A stretch of 64,000 nt of DNA from an uncultured Chloroflexia bacterium (GTDB taxonomy: Bacteria > Chloroflexota > Limnocylindria > Limnocylindrales > CSP1-4): the NCBI GenBank assembly GCA_963835945.1, contig CAWIHR010000010.1, positions 5,857-69,856 of the forward strand, written 5' to 3'. Made by a program: the position numbers and the translations under genes. How positions within the stretch are numbered: position 1 is the first letter of the stretch; every line of letters starts with the position of its first letter. The notes beneath the pieces are model-generated. The model had not been told where the DNA came from. It searched no databases and saw nothing but the letters and a program-made list of their open reading frames with translations. Below, piece after piece: positions 47,327-57,033 of the stretch.

Positions 47327-48014
47327 CTGCGCTGGCGCCGTCATCTCCCCGGCCGGGTTGACGGCCGGTCAGCTGACGACGACAGAGGAAGCTGTGGCGC
47401 TCGCGCTGTCGGAGTGAGCGACGGTTAGGTCCATCACTATTCCGTAACGACGCCCTGACCCGTCCGGCCCTCCAGCCCCACCATCGTTCGATGGTGGGGG
47501 CACCGCTCTCATGGTCGCCACAGAGGAGGGAGGGTGCCCACCGTGGGTATTCAGCCTGTCTCTTCACGGCCGGGCCCCGCTCGACGCGCATGGCGCGGAA
47601 CTCACCGCCTACCCGGTTCGGAGGGGCACGACCAACTTTCGGCTCGATCAGCCTCCCCGACGGACCTCGTGAAGGAGTTTGTCGAGGTGCAGGTCTCCGA
47701 GTTCCGCCACGCCTGACGCGAGCAAGCCGGCGTCCGCCCGGCGGGCATACTCGCCGTGGGGGCCAGTATCGGCTGTGTCCGTGGCTGGCAGTTCACGCTC
47801 CGCGACTGCCCAGCGCGCTGCGTATGCCCTCGATGATGAGGTGCAGCCCGCACTCAAAGGTGCCCTCTCCGTTGGGTTATCTGATGTCGTCGATTGCGGC
47901 AAACTGTTAAGGCAAGCTTTACAGCGGTAAGGACTTAACGCTGATAAGGCCACCCCGCGCGCGGGCGCGCCCCAGTCCCAAGACCGGACCAAGCCGCTAG
48001 AGAACGCGGAAACC

Positions 48015-49267
48015 ATGAGCATGACCACCGCGATCACCAATGCGCGGGTCTTCGATGGGAAGCAGGTCATCGGTGCGAGCGCCGTCGTGATCGACGGCGG
48101 GGTAGTCCGTGCGGTCGGGGAATCGGTGCCGGTCGGTGCCACGGTCGTCGACGCCGGCGGCGGGACCCTCCTGCCCGGCTTGATCGACTCCCACTGCCAC
48201 ACGAGCATCGCCAGCCTCCGGCTTGCGCTCCGTTTCGGCGTGACGACCGAACTCGACATGATGGGCTACTGGCCGGCCGAGCATCGGCACCTGGTGGCGG
48301 AGAGCGATGATCTCGCCGACGTACGCGCGGCAGGGATGTGCGTCACGGCGCCCGGCGGGCACCCGACCGAGTACGGGCCGCCCGAGGACGACGACGACCA
48401 CCCCGAGATCCCGGAGGGCATGACGCTCGAGGAGGCAATGGCCGCGTTCGCCTTCCCCTTCTGCTCCACCGCCGAGGAGACGATCACCCTAGTCGCACAA
48501 CAGATCGCCCTGGGCTCGGACTACATCAAGATCATGATCGAGGACGGCACGGTCGTTGGCCATCCGGGACTCCCGGTGATCAGCGACGAGGTCCTCGAGG
48601 CGGCCGTGGCGGAGGCCCACCGCCACGGCAAGCTGACCGTCGCCCACGTGACGACCATCGAGGGCGCGCGGCGCGCCGTGCGGGCCGGCGTGGACGGCCT
48701 CGGCCACCTGTTCCTCGACGGCCCGCACACCCCCGGGATCGTGGCCGAGATCGTGGCCGCCGGCACGTTCGTCATCCCCACCCTGACGGTCGTGTCCTCG
48801 GCCGTCGGCCACAGCGGGGCGGCGTTCGCCTCGGACGAGCGGGTCAGCAGCAGGCTGTCCACGGCCTGGCTCGAGTCGCTGCGTGGATGCGCGAACGTCT
48901 ACCCACAGGGCCGCCTGGAGGACGCACTGGGCACGGTCGCCGCGTTGCAGGCGGCAGGTGTGGACATCCCCTCGCCGGGACGGACGTCACCCAGCCGTCG
49001 CCTGAGTTCGGCGGCCTGGCCCACGGGGCGAGCGTCCACCACGAGCTCCAGCTGCTCGTCGCCGCGGGTCTAGCGCCCGTGGAGGCGCTGCGAGCGGCGA
49101 CGTCGGTGCCAGCACGCCGGTTCAACCTCTCCGACCGGGGCCGGATCGTCGCGGGCGCACGGGCGGACCTGCTGCTCGTCGACGGCGACCCGACGGCGAC
49201 CATCTCGGACACGCTGTCCATCCGGGCCGTGTGGCGCTGCGGCGTCCTCCAGGCAGCCCTGGTCTGA
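48015..49267 (+). pseudogene. Amidohydrolase-family (metal-dependent hydrolase) gene with one frameshift
   Basis: ITNARVFDG...VVIDGGVVRAVG...DAGGGTLLPGLIDSHCH...KIMIEDG...HGKLTVAHV. The frame breaks at the C-run 48968-48971 and resumes in track ORF 48338-49267 (LAGTDVTQPSPEFGGLAHGASVHHELQLLVAAGLAPVEALRAATSVPARRF...DLLLVDGDP). Confidence 0.8.
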
Positions 49268-49386
49268 GCCGGCTCGGTCCCCGTCGAACGGCAGAGGGCG
49301 CCGATCGGCCCGGTGCTCGCGACGCGCCGGCTTCGGCCAGATCTCCGGCGTCGCCCCTGGCTCGCCACCATAAGGAGTGATGTGCG

Positions 49387-49545
49387 ATGGCTGGGCCCGA
49401 CGTCGCGGTTCCTGCGCCCTCCTCACCCAGAACGATCCGTTGGACGCTGCTGGGTGTCATGCTCTCGATGCTGCTGGGCATGCTCGGCACCACGACCGTT
49501 GGCACCGCGATGCCGACGATCGTGCGTGACCTTGGCGGTTTCGAC
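49387..49545 (+). pseudogene. N-terminal 53 codons of a DHA2-type MFS transporter, cut by IS30
   Basis: AAGGAG plus ATG, then ...WTLLGVMLSMLLGMLGTTTVGTAMPTIVRDLGGFD matches the N-terminal signature of the intact MFS at 20259-22004. Family sequence ends at 49545, and no continuation follows the IS. Confidence 0.7.
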
Positions 49546-50603
49546 GCTCGGGTTCCACCGATCGACGCAACACCTTGATGGGTGCAGTGTCGATCGGGAG
49601 GTGGCCCATGGCGCAGTGGGGCAGGCCGGCGTTGACGGCCGAGCAGAAGCGAGACATGTGGTCCCGCTGGAAAGCAGGTCAATCGCTCAGTGAGATCGGG
49701 CGGGCGCTCGGGAGGGAACGGAGCGCCATCCACCGCATGGTCGCGACCACCGGCGGGTACGTGCCGGTGGACCAGCGTCGCTCGCCGCGGGTGCTCTCGT
49801 CCGCCGAGCGGGAGGAGATCTCGCGCGGTCTGGCCGAGGGCGTCTCGCTGCGCATGATCGCCCGCCGCGCCGGCCGGGCCGCCTCGACGATCAGCCGCGA
49901 GGTCGCCCGCCACGGTGGCCGGCACCGCTATCGCGCGACACAGGCCGACAAGCGGGCCTGGCGGCGGGCCTGCCGACCAAAGCCCTGCAAGCTCGCGACG
50001 TCAGCGGAGCTGCGGGAGTTGGTAGCGGGCAAGCTCGCGCTCGACTGGTCGCCCCAGCAGATCTCGGGCTGGCTTGCCCGCACGTATCCGGGGGAGCAGG
50101 CTCGGCAGGTGTCGAGCGAGACGATCTATCGGAGCCTGTTCATCCAGGCCCGGGGCGTGCTGCACAAGGAGCTCATGGTCCACCTGCGCACCCGGCGCAG
50201 CATCCGTCGCTCTCGTCTCGCGACCACCAAGGGCCAGGGCCGTGGCGGGATCGTCGACGCGGTCTCCATCCGGGAGCGGCCGGCCGAGGCGAAGGACCGG
50301 GCGGTGCCGGGCCACTGGGAGGGTGACCTCCTCGCCGGCTCCGCCAACAGCCACATCGCCACGCTCGTGGAGCGCCAGACCCGCTACCTCCTCCTCGTCA
50401 AGGTACCGGGCAAGGGCTCCACGGGGGTGGTCGACGCCCTCGCCGCCCAAGTCCAGACGCTGCCCCGTCAGCTGTGGGCGAGCCTGACCTGGGATCGCGG
50501 GGTGGAGCTCGCCGACCACCGGCGCTTCAGCATCGCCACCGACGTCGCGGTCTACTTCTGTGACCCCAGGAGTCCCTGGCAACGGGGCACCAACGAGAAC
50601 ACT

Positions 50604-51958
50604 GTGAGTCTGTGACTGACGTGGGCCGGATGGGCTCAGCCAGGCTGGAGCCGACAGTGCGAGGTGACTCTCGAGAACACTGGCCACCTCAGGGTGTGCC
50701 CTTCGTTGGACCTGTTCCTCGTGCTGCCGGCACCGACCTGGCCACTCGTCGTTGGCTTGATCAGGAGCTTGTCCGCCTTAGGGGCGTGACCCTTCACAGT
50801 GCTGCCGTGACAGGTGACGTTCATCCAGACCGGTGCCGACGACGATTGCCGACCGAACTGGAGGACAACCGCAATGGTCATGTTGGCAGACCACTACGAC
50901 TATGTCATCGGAGGCGACCCGGACCGCGACAGCGTGGACTTGGCCGTGATCGACACCCGCACCGGCGGGATCCAAGCGCAGATCGCGGCTCCAGCCGACG
51001 GCCCTGGCTACCAGCGGCTGCTCGACTGGGGACGCGCCCAGGCACCGGGCCGACGGGTCTGGGCTCTCGAAGGCACCGCCAGCTTCGCCGCGGGGTTCGT
51101 CGCATGCTTGGCCCACGCCGGCGAGGACGTCGTCGAAGTGGGGGGCATCAAGCGCGCCCGGGGTGCCAAGAACGACCGGATCGACGCGGTGCGCGCCGGC
51201 CGCCACGCCTTGTCGTCGGAGCAGCTAGCCAGCCCGCGGGCGCGCGGGTTGCGGGAGGCGCTCCGCTTGGTCCTCACCACCCGCCACGCCGTCCTTGTCA
51301 GTCGCACCACGGCCATCAACGAGCTCAAGAGCGTCATCGTGACGGCCCCCGAACACCTCCGTGCGGGCTTACGCGGCGTCGCCCTGGCCAGTCAACTTGA
51401 CCGCGTCGAGGCGCTCACCAGCGGCCCGTCGGCGAGCGTCGAGCATCGACTGACGGTCGTCACCCTGCGCTCGATCGCGAGCCGCATCCGCTTCCTCACC
51501 GCCCAGATCCACGAACTCGACCCCGAGCTGGTGACCCTGGTCAAGGCCCATCCCGCCGGACCCGCGCTACTCACCGAGCCGGGCGTCGGCCCGGTCGTCG
51601 CCGCGCAGTTACTCGTGAGCTGGTCACATCGAGGACGCGTGCGCAACGAGGCCGCCTTCGCCGCTCTGGCCGGCACCGCGCCGCTCGAAGCCAGCAGTGG
51701 CGAGCGAAGGCGCCACCGACTCAATCGAGGCGGCGACCGCGACCTCAACCGGGCGCTCCACACCGTGGCCATCACCCGCCTCCGCTGCCACCCGGAGACC
51801 ATCCACTACGCAGCGCAACGAAGGGCCCAGGGCAAGACACACCGCGAGATACGCCGGTCCATCAAACGCGCCCTCGCCCGCCGCCTTTACCGACGGATCC
51901 AGGCCGCCACCGAACCCATGGCGCTGCCCACCGCGTATTGACAAACATAGGAGCGTCC
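50604..51958 (+). mobile_element. IS110-family element nested inside the IS30 transposase gene
   Basis: Boundaries are defined to the base by the interrupted IS30 codons (ACT at 50601-50603, AAC at 51959-51961). The 1355-bp length is normal for IS110. Confidence 0.8.
50874..51941 (+). CDS. IS110-family transposase (DEDD-type)
   Basis: YVIGGDPDRDSVDLAVID...VWALEGTASFAAGF...NDRIDAVRAG...LTEPGVGPVVAAQLLV...FAALAGTAPLEASSGERRRHRLNRGGDRDLNRALHTVAITRLR. GGAGGA lies 8 nt upstream of the ATG. Confidence 0.9.
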   Translation: MVMLADHYDYVIGGDPDRDSVDLAVIDTRTGGIQAQIAAPADGPGYQRLLDWGRAQAPGRRVWALEGTASFAAGFVACLAHAGEDVVEVGGIKRARGAKNDRIDAVRAGRHALSSEQLASPRARGLREALRLVLTTRHAVLVSRTTAINELKSVIVTAPEHLRAGLRGVALASQLDRVEALTSGPSASVEHRLTVVTLRSIASRIRFLTAQIHELDPELVTLVKAHPAGPALLTEPGVGPVVAAQLLVSWSHRGRVRNEAAFAALAGTAPLEASSGERRRHRLNRGGDRDLNRALHTVAITRLRCHPETIHYAAQRRAQGKTHREIRRSIKRALARRLYRRIQAATEPMALPTAY

Positions 51959-52239
51959 AACGGGCTGCTGCGCCAGTACTTCCCCAAGTGGACCGACCTC
52001 TCCGGCTACAGCCAGGCCGATCTCGATGCCGTGGCCACGCGACTCAACACCAGGCCCCGCAAGACGCTCGGATACCAGACCCCGGCCGCTATGCTGGCGG
52101 CGATCGTTGCGCCGACCCCCTGAACCCGCCCCTCCTTTCATTGCCAGCCCTGAGAAGCGACCCGGCGTTGGATCGGCGTTGCCGCCCGCGCATACTGTAG
52201 AGTCGTCCGATTGGTCGTCAGCAAGAGGTGGCGTTCGCG

Positions 52240-52956
52240 ATGTTCTGCACACAGTGTGGCGGCAGCTTGGCTGACGATGCCAAGTTCTGTGTCAGTTGCG
52301 GCGCCCCCGTCGGACCGCGGGTGGCACCTGTTTCCGGCGCCTCGGCTCAGCCTCCTGCCGTAGCTCTTGCACCGGCTGCTAGGGCCGCTGAACAGAACGC
52401 TTCCGGCCAGACGTTCGTGCTGAACCAGAAGCTGATTTCGATGACCGGCGATCTATGGATCGATGATTCGAACGGGAATCACGCGTTCGAGGTGGACGGC
52501 AAGCTCCTGGCACTCCGGCGCTCGCTGCTTCTCAAGGACACCTCGGGGCAGGAGCTCTACGAGATCAACAAGTCGCTTGCGCACGTCCATCCGACCTTCG
52601 AGGTCAAACAGGGCGACACGGTCGTCGCGACGATCCAGAAAGCCCTGATGTCGATGTTTGGCGAGCACTTCACGATCACCGCGGCAGACGGCGGGCAGAT
52701 GAAGGTCACTGGCAACTGGATAAATCGCGAATTCCGCATCCAGAAGGACGGCACAGACGTGATCATCGCCTCGCGCCAGTTCTTCAGCATCCACGACGCC
52801 TACGGCATCCAGGTCGCGCCGGCCTTCGATGCCCCCCTCGCCCTGGCGATCGTCGTTGCCCTGGAGCAGATCGAGAAGGAAGAGGGACACGAGTCGTCGC
52901 CGCTCGACGGCTTGCTGGGAGGAGGTCTGGGCGGGATCCTCGGGGGCCTGGGCTGA
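52240..52956 (+). CDS. Zinc-ribbon + LURP-one-related (tubby C-terminal-like) domain protein
   Basis: MFCTQCGGSLADDAKFCVSCGAP is a zinc ribbon. It is followed by FVLNQKLISMTGDLWIDDSNGNHAFEVDGKLLALRRSLLLKDTSGQELYEINK...FTITAADGGQMKVTGNWINREFRIQKDG..., typical of LURP-one/DUF567 proteins, and then a Gly/Leu-rich tail. Confidence 0.6.
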   Translation: MFCTQCGGSLADDAKFCVSCGAPVGPRVAPVSGASAQPPAVALAPAARAAEQNASGQTFVLNQKLISMTGDLWIDDSNGNHAFEVDGKLLALRRSLLLKDTSGQELYEINKSLAHVHPTFEVKQGDTVVATIQKALMSMFGEHFTITAADGGQMKVTGNWINREFRIQKDGTDVIIASRQFFSIHDAYGIQVAPAFDAPLALAIVVALEQIEKEEGHESSPLDGLLGGGLGGILGGLG

Positions 52957-53302
52957 CAAGTCGGTACGCGACGTTGACGTTGCCACCGACGCTCGAGCCG
53001 TAGGGGTTTGGGCAGGGTCACCTTGGCGTCCCAGGCAGAGTCTGGTTTGCCCAGCCACCGAATATGTGCCGTCGAGAGGCGTGCTCCCCGCGCATGCATA
53101 CAGAAACCACGAGGGCCAAAGTCGAGCCCGTGCTCCTACGGCGACTCGATGAGCGGGCGACGTTTCGAGCCGAGCTGGTCGTCTGTGATCAGCCCGCCCG
53201 TGTGCAGGTCCTCGAGCTTGCCGGAGCCGGTACGCGACGTCGATTGGGATGGCTCGGGGATCTTCTCCCTCGAACGACCCCGAGTCGTACAGTGGCGTCG
53301 AG

Positions 53303-53807
53303 ATGCCCTCAACCCCGCCCGTCGTGGTCGCGCTCATCGTCGCCGCGGGCATCTGGTACCTCATCGAGACCCGACAGGCACTGCTGCAGCGGCCGGAGGC
53401 GAGGTCGGCCGACCGCAAGAGCGCGTGGGTGGTGCGCGCCTCTGCCGTGATCGCGGCCGCCGTCGCCATCGCTGCACAACGCACGGTTCCATCGGCGAGG
53501 ATGCCGTTCGGATCCCTCGCCCTCTGGATCGGCCTCGCCTTCTTGGCGTGCGGCACGGGCCTGCGGCTCTGGAGTTTCCGATCGCTGGGTCGCTACTTCA
53601 CCTTCACTGTGCAGACGAGCCAAGATCAGCCGGTCATTTCCGCCGGTCCCTACCGAGTGATCCGCCATCCCGGCTACACGGGAAGCCTGCTGGCCGTCAT
53701 CGGCGTCGGGTTCTTCCTCCGCAACTGGCTGTCCCTCGTCATCCTGACCGGCGTGATCTTCTGCGGACTCGTCTACCGCATCAGGGTGGAAGAGCGTGCC
53801 CTCTCGC
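53303..53807 (+). pseudogene. Isoprenylcysteine carboxyl methyltransferase (ICMT)-family membrane methyltransferase, 3'-truncated
   Basis: LRLWSFRSLGRYFTFTVQTSQDQPVISAGPYRVIRHPGYTGSLLAVIGVGFFLRNW...YRIRVEERAL is the ICMT/PEMT signature. The family sequence stops at about 53807, where the duplicated fragment begins. Confidence 0.7.
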
Positions 53808-53972
53808 GAGGCCACCCGGCCACACTGGCGTTCCGAGGAGCGGCTGTGGGCGGCGTCGGCCTTCTATGCGGGGCACCTGCGCCGGTTCGCGGTCCGGCCT
53901 GCCGTGGACTCCCGTGGGGTGACCGAAGACGAGGCGCTGTGGAAGCTGGCGGAGGCGCTCCGCACGCGCTGA
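53808..53972 (+). pseudogene. 3' fragment, paralogous to the small gene at 63234-63461
   Basis: EATRPHWRSEERLWAASAFYAGHLRRFAVRPAVDSRGVTEDEALWKLAEALRTR* aligns with residues 22-75 of the 63461 gene. There is no start codon, and the frame differs from that of the ICMT stub. Confidence 0.6.
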
Positions 53973-54282
53973 CGGGGGACGTGTGTCCGTCAAAACCGAG
54001 CTGTCCAGGGATGGTGCGGGGACGATCGCCGGTTCTCTTCTGCAACGCGCGCCGCCGGTTCCTCAAGGGCTCTTCAAGTCCAGTTGCCTGCATTGAGGGC
54101 CGCCGAGCGGAAGCGACCCGGCGGGCCCTCTGTTCTCAGGGGCCCTTCAGCCAAGTCCGCGATACTTATCCGAAGCGTAGTCCACCGGTTGGGGGCGTCC
54201 CCACCTGGCCGAGCACGGACTGGAGTTCGCTCTGCGGAACACGGACCTGGCAAACGAGGCGCCGCGCGAGGAGGAAGCGCCA

Positions 54283-55098
54283 GTGCGCCGCTGGTATCGA
54301 TCACCGGGCCGGCGTGTCCGGAGTCTTGGCCTGTTCGGCGCGGGCGTGCTTGCGGCTTTCGTCGCGCTCGTCGTCTACGGGGTGGCGTTTCCCGGTCCGC
54401 CTCCTGTCACCCGCACTGACGTTAGCCAGAGCATCACCGAGGCGCTCGCATCGCAGACACCCGCGCCCGCGGTGTCTGAGCAGGTGTTTGCCGACATCGA
54501 GCCGTCCCTCGTTCTGATCCAAACCACCTATGCACCTCCCGCGACCGCCACCAACGGCGCGACCAACGGCCTAGGCAGCGGCGTCATCGTGGATGACAGC
54601 GGCGACATCCTCACCAGTCTTCACGTGGTGGCCGGTGCCGCGACCATCGAAGTGACATTCAGCGACGGCACTCAGTCGGCCGGCGAGATTGCGTCGACGC
54701 AGCCGGACGAGGACATCGCGGTCGTCCGCGCGTCCCGACTCCCGGCCACCATCACGCCGGCCACTCTCGGCAACCCCGGGTCGGTCCGCATCGGCAGCCA
54801 GGCGTTCGCCGTTGGGAGCCCCTTCGGGCTCTACGCCTCCATCAGCGCAGGAATCGTGTCAGGACTGGACCGCACTTTCCAGCTGCCTCACGGCGGACCG
54901 ATCTTGCACCAACTGATCCAAGTCGACGCGGCGGTGAACCCCGGGAACTCCGGCGGCCCGCTGCTCAATCGCGACGGCCAGGTCATCGGGATTGTCACGG
55001 CCCTCATCAACCCGACCGGACAGGACGTGTTCATCGGGATCGGACTGGCGGTGCCCATCAACGTGGCCGGCGGCGCCGCCGGTCTGCCCCAGTACTGA
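54283..55098 (+). CDS. S1C (HtrA-like) trypsin-type serine protease, membrane-anchored
   Basis: GAGGAGG plus GTG, then a TM helix. The triad context is TSLHVV, DIAVVRA and VDAAVNPGNSGGPLLN. No PDZ domain. Confidence 0.85.
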   Translation: MRRWYRSPGRRVRSLGLFGAGVLAAFVALVVYGVAFPGPPPVTRTDVSQSITEALASQTPAPAVSEQVFADIEPSLVLIQTTYAPPATATNGATNGLGSGVIVDDSGDILTSLHVVAGAATIEVTFSDGTQSAGEIASTQPDEDIAVVRASRLPATITPATLGNPGSVRIGSQAFAVGSPFGLYASISAGIVSGLDRTFQLPHGGPILHQLIQVDAAVNPGNSGGPLLNRDGQVIGIVTALINPTGQDVFIGIGLAVPINVAGGAAGLPQY

Positions 55099-55152
55099 GC
55101 CGGCAGCACCCGGGGCGTACCAGGCCCGAGCAACCTACAGGAGGAGAAGCCC

Positions 55153-56157
55153 GTGGAACCCGGCACACCGCCGCCGCGGCCGATTGAGCAGGTCCTGTAC
55201 GAGGTCAAGAAGGTGATCGTCGGCCAGGACCACCTGCTCGAGCGGCTCGCCGTGGCCCTGCTCGCCCGTGGACACCTTCTCGTGGAGGGCGTGCCAGGCC
55301 TAGCCAAGACGATGGCTATCAAGACGCTCGCGGCCTCGATCGGCGGCGACTTCAAGCGCATCCAGTTCACGCCCGACCTGGTGCCAGCTGATCTCGTCGG
55401 CACGCGCATCTACAACCAAAAGACCGGAGAGTTCAGCACCTCGCTCGGACCGGTCTTCACGAACCTGCTCCTCGCCGACGAGATCAACCGCGCGCCGGCC
55501 AAAGTGCAGAGCGCGCTACTCGAGGTCATGCAGGAACACCAAGTCACCATCGGGCGCGAGACGTTCAAGGTGCCCGACCCGTTCCTCGTCCTAGCCACCC
55601 AAAACCCGATCGAGACCGAGGGGACCTATGCGCTGCCGGAGGCGCAGATCGACCGGTTCATGTTGAAGGTTATGGTCGGGTATCCCAGCACCACCGAGGA
55701 GTTCGTGATCGTCGAGCGCATCACTGGCCAGCTCGAAGCGGTCGAGCAGGTGTTGTCGCCCGACCGGCTGATCGAGCTCCAGAGAGAAGCCGACCGGGTC
55801 TACGTGGATCCGTCCCTCATCGACTACGCCGTCCGCCTGGTGGCAGCCACGCGCGCCCCGCGGACGTACGGCGTGCCCGAGCTGGAGCGCTACCTGACGT
55901 TCGGGGCGAGCCCGCGCGCCTCGATCAACCTGATCCTCACGGCCCGAGCCCTCGCGTACATCCGCGGCCGGATGTACGCCATTCCCCAGGATGTGCAGGA
56001 CATGGCTCAGGACGTGATGCGCCATCGGCTCGTGCTGTCCTTCGAGGCGCTCTCGAACAACGTGAGCAGCGACACCGTGCTCACTGCCATCCTGCGACAC
56101 ATCCCGCCTCCGACAGTCGTCACCAGGGAGCCCGCCCACGAACACGTCGACGCCTGA
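55153..56157 (+). CDS. moxR: MoxR-family AAA+ ATPase
   Basis: GHLLVEGVPGLAKTMAIKTLA (Walker A), LLADEINRAPAKVQSALLEVMQE (Walker B), VLATQNPIETEGTYALPEAQIDRF. AGGAGG lies upstream of the GTG. Confidence 0.95.
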   Translation: MEPGTPPPRPIEQVLYEVKKVIVGQDHLLERLAVALLARGHLLVEGVPGLAKTMAIKTLAASIGGDFKRIQFTPDLVPADLVGTRIYNQKTGEFSTSLGPVFTNLLLADEINRAPAKVQSALLEVMQEHQVTIGRETFKVPDPFLVLATQNPIETEGTYALPEAQIDRFMLKVMVGYPSTTEEFVIVERITGQLEAVEQVLSPDRLIELQREADRVYVDPSLIDYAVRLVAATRAPRTYGVPELERYLTFGASPRASINLILTARALAYIRGRMYAIPQDVQDMAQDVMRHRLVLSFEALSNNVSSDTVLTAILRHIPPPTVVTREPAHEHVDA

Positions 56158-57031
56158 GCGCGTCCTGCAGCGACTCGACTGGCACGTCATTCGGCGCCTA
56201 GACGGCCTGCTGCAGGGCGACTATCGCAGCCTGTTCTACGGCACTGGGGTGGACTTCGCAGACCTCCGGGAGTACCAGGCCGGCGACGACGTGCGGTACA
56301 TCGACTGGAACGTGACCGCGCGGCTCGACACGCCGTATGTGCGCCAGTACACCGAGGACCGGGAAATCACGGCCTGGTTCCTCCTCGACCTCAGCCCATC
56401 GGTCGACTTCGGGACCGTCGACGCGGACCGCGAGAAGCGGACCGTGCTGGTGGACTTCGTGACCACACTGGCCCGCCTGCTGACGCGTCGGGGCAATCGC
56501 GTTGGCGCGCTCCTGTACGGTGACCACGTGGACCAGGCGATCCCGCCGCGCGGCGGCCGACTGCAGGTCCTGCAGATCGTCAACGCCCTGCTGCAGCGTC
56601 CGCGCCTGGCGGGCGCGCCGTTTACCGATTTGGGCTCGCTGCTCGACACCGGGCGCCGGGTGATCAAACGCCGCTCGCTCATCTTCATCATCTCGGACTT
56701 CATCAGCGTCCCCGGCTGGGAGCGGTCGCTCGACAGCCTCAACCGGCGACACGAGGTCGTGGCCGTACGCCTCGTCGACCCGCGGGAGATCGAGCTGCCC
56801 GACGTCGGCCCAGTCATCCTGCAGGACTCCGAGACGGGCGAGCAGGTCTTCGTGGACACGGGCGACCGCGCCTTCCGCCAGCGTTTCGAGGCGGCCGCCC
56901 GTGCCCGGGAGGCCGCCGTCGGCGACGCGTTCAGGCGCGCGGGTGTGGACGCGATGTCGCTCTCGACCGACGAGGACCTCGTCGCCGCGATTGTGCGCAT
57001 GGCGACCCTGCGCCGCCGGCGTCGGAGGTAG
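56156..57031 (+). CDS. DUF58-family protein (MoxR partner); start codon unresolved
   Basis: GVDFADLREYQAGDDVRYIDWNVTARLDTPYVRQYTEDRE is the DUF58 signature. Family-like sequence (PERVLQRLDWHVIRRLDGLLQGDYRSLFYGTG) extends upstream to about 56150. The first ATG/GTG/TTG in frame is only at 56249. Confidence 0.85.
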   Translation, partial: ERVLQRLDWHVIRRLDGLLQGDYRSLFYGTGVDFADLREYQAGDDVRYIDWNVTARLDTPYVRQYTEDREITAWFLLDLSPSVDFGTVDADREKRTVLVDFVTTLARLLTRRGNRVGALLYGDHVDQAIPPRGGRLQVLQIVNALLQRPRLAGAPFTDLGSLLDTGRRVIKRRSLIFIISDFISVPGWERSLDSLNRRHEVVAVRLVDPREIELPDVGPVILQDSETGEQVFVDTGDRAFRQRFEAAARAREAAVGDAFRRAGVDAMSLSTDEDLVAAIVRMATLRRRRRR

Positions 57032-57033
57032 CG

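Larger units (their letters stand above)
49608..52123 (+). pseudogene. IS30-family transposase split into 49608-50603 and 51959-52123
   Basis: Part 1 reads MAQWGRPALTAEQKRDMWSRWKAGQSLSEIGRALGR...HWEGDLL...LTWDRGVELA...FCDPRSPWQRGTNENT. Part 2 reads NGLLRQYFPKWTDLSGYSQADLDAVATRLNTRPRKTLGYQTPA. Removing the 1355-bp insert (50604-51958) restores the frame and the conserved NENTNGLLRQY junction, giving 386 aa. Confidence 0.9.
49546..52190 (+). mobile_element. IS30-family element, itself interrupted by an IS110 element
   Basis: The left edge is inferred from where the MFS reading frame stops making sense. The right edge is a rough guess about 65 bp after the transposase stop; I found only weak terminal repeats (CCGATC-containing). 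Confidence 0.7.

Noticed and set aside
47792-47880. TetR-family C-terminal remnant (FECGLHLIIEGIRSALGSRGA*)
   Set aside because: Only about 20 residues are family-like, preceded by an in-frame stop. There is no room for an HTH domain before the amidohydrolase gene. It is mentioned in a finding but not listed as a feature.
52963-53241. 13-bp direct repeat CGGTACGCGACGT at 52963 and 53229, a possible MITE or target duplication
   Set aside because: A single 13-mer match is expected by chance many times in 64 kb of biased composition. No inverted repeats or other structure lie between the copies.
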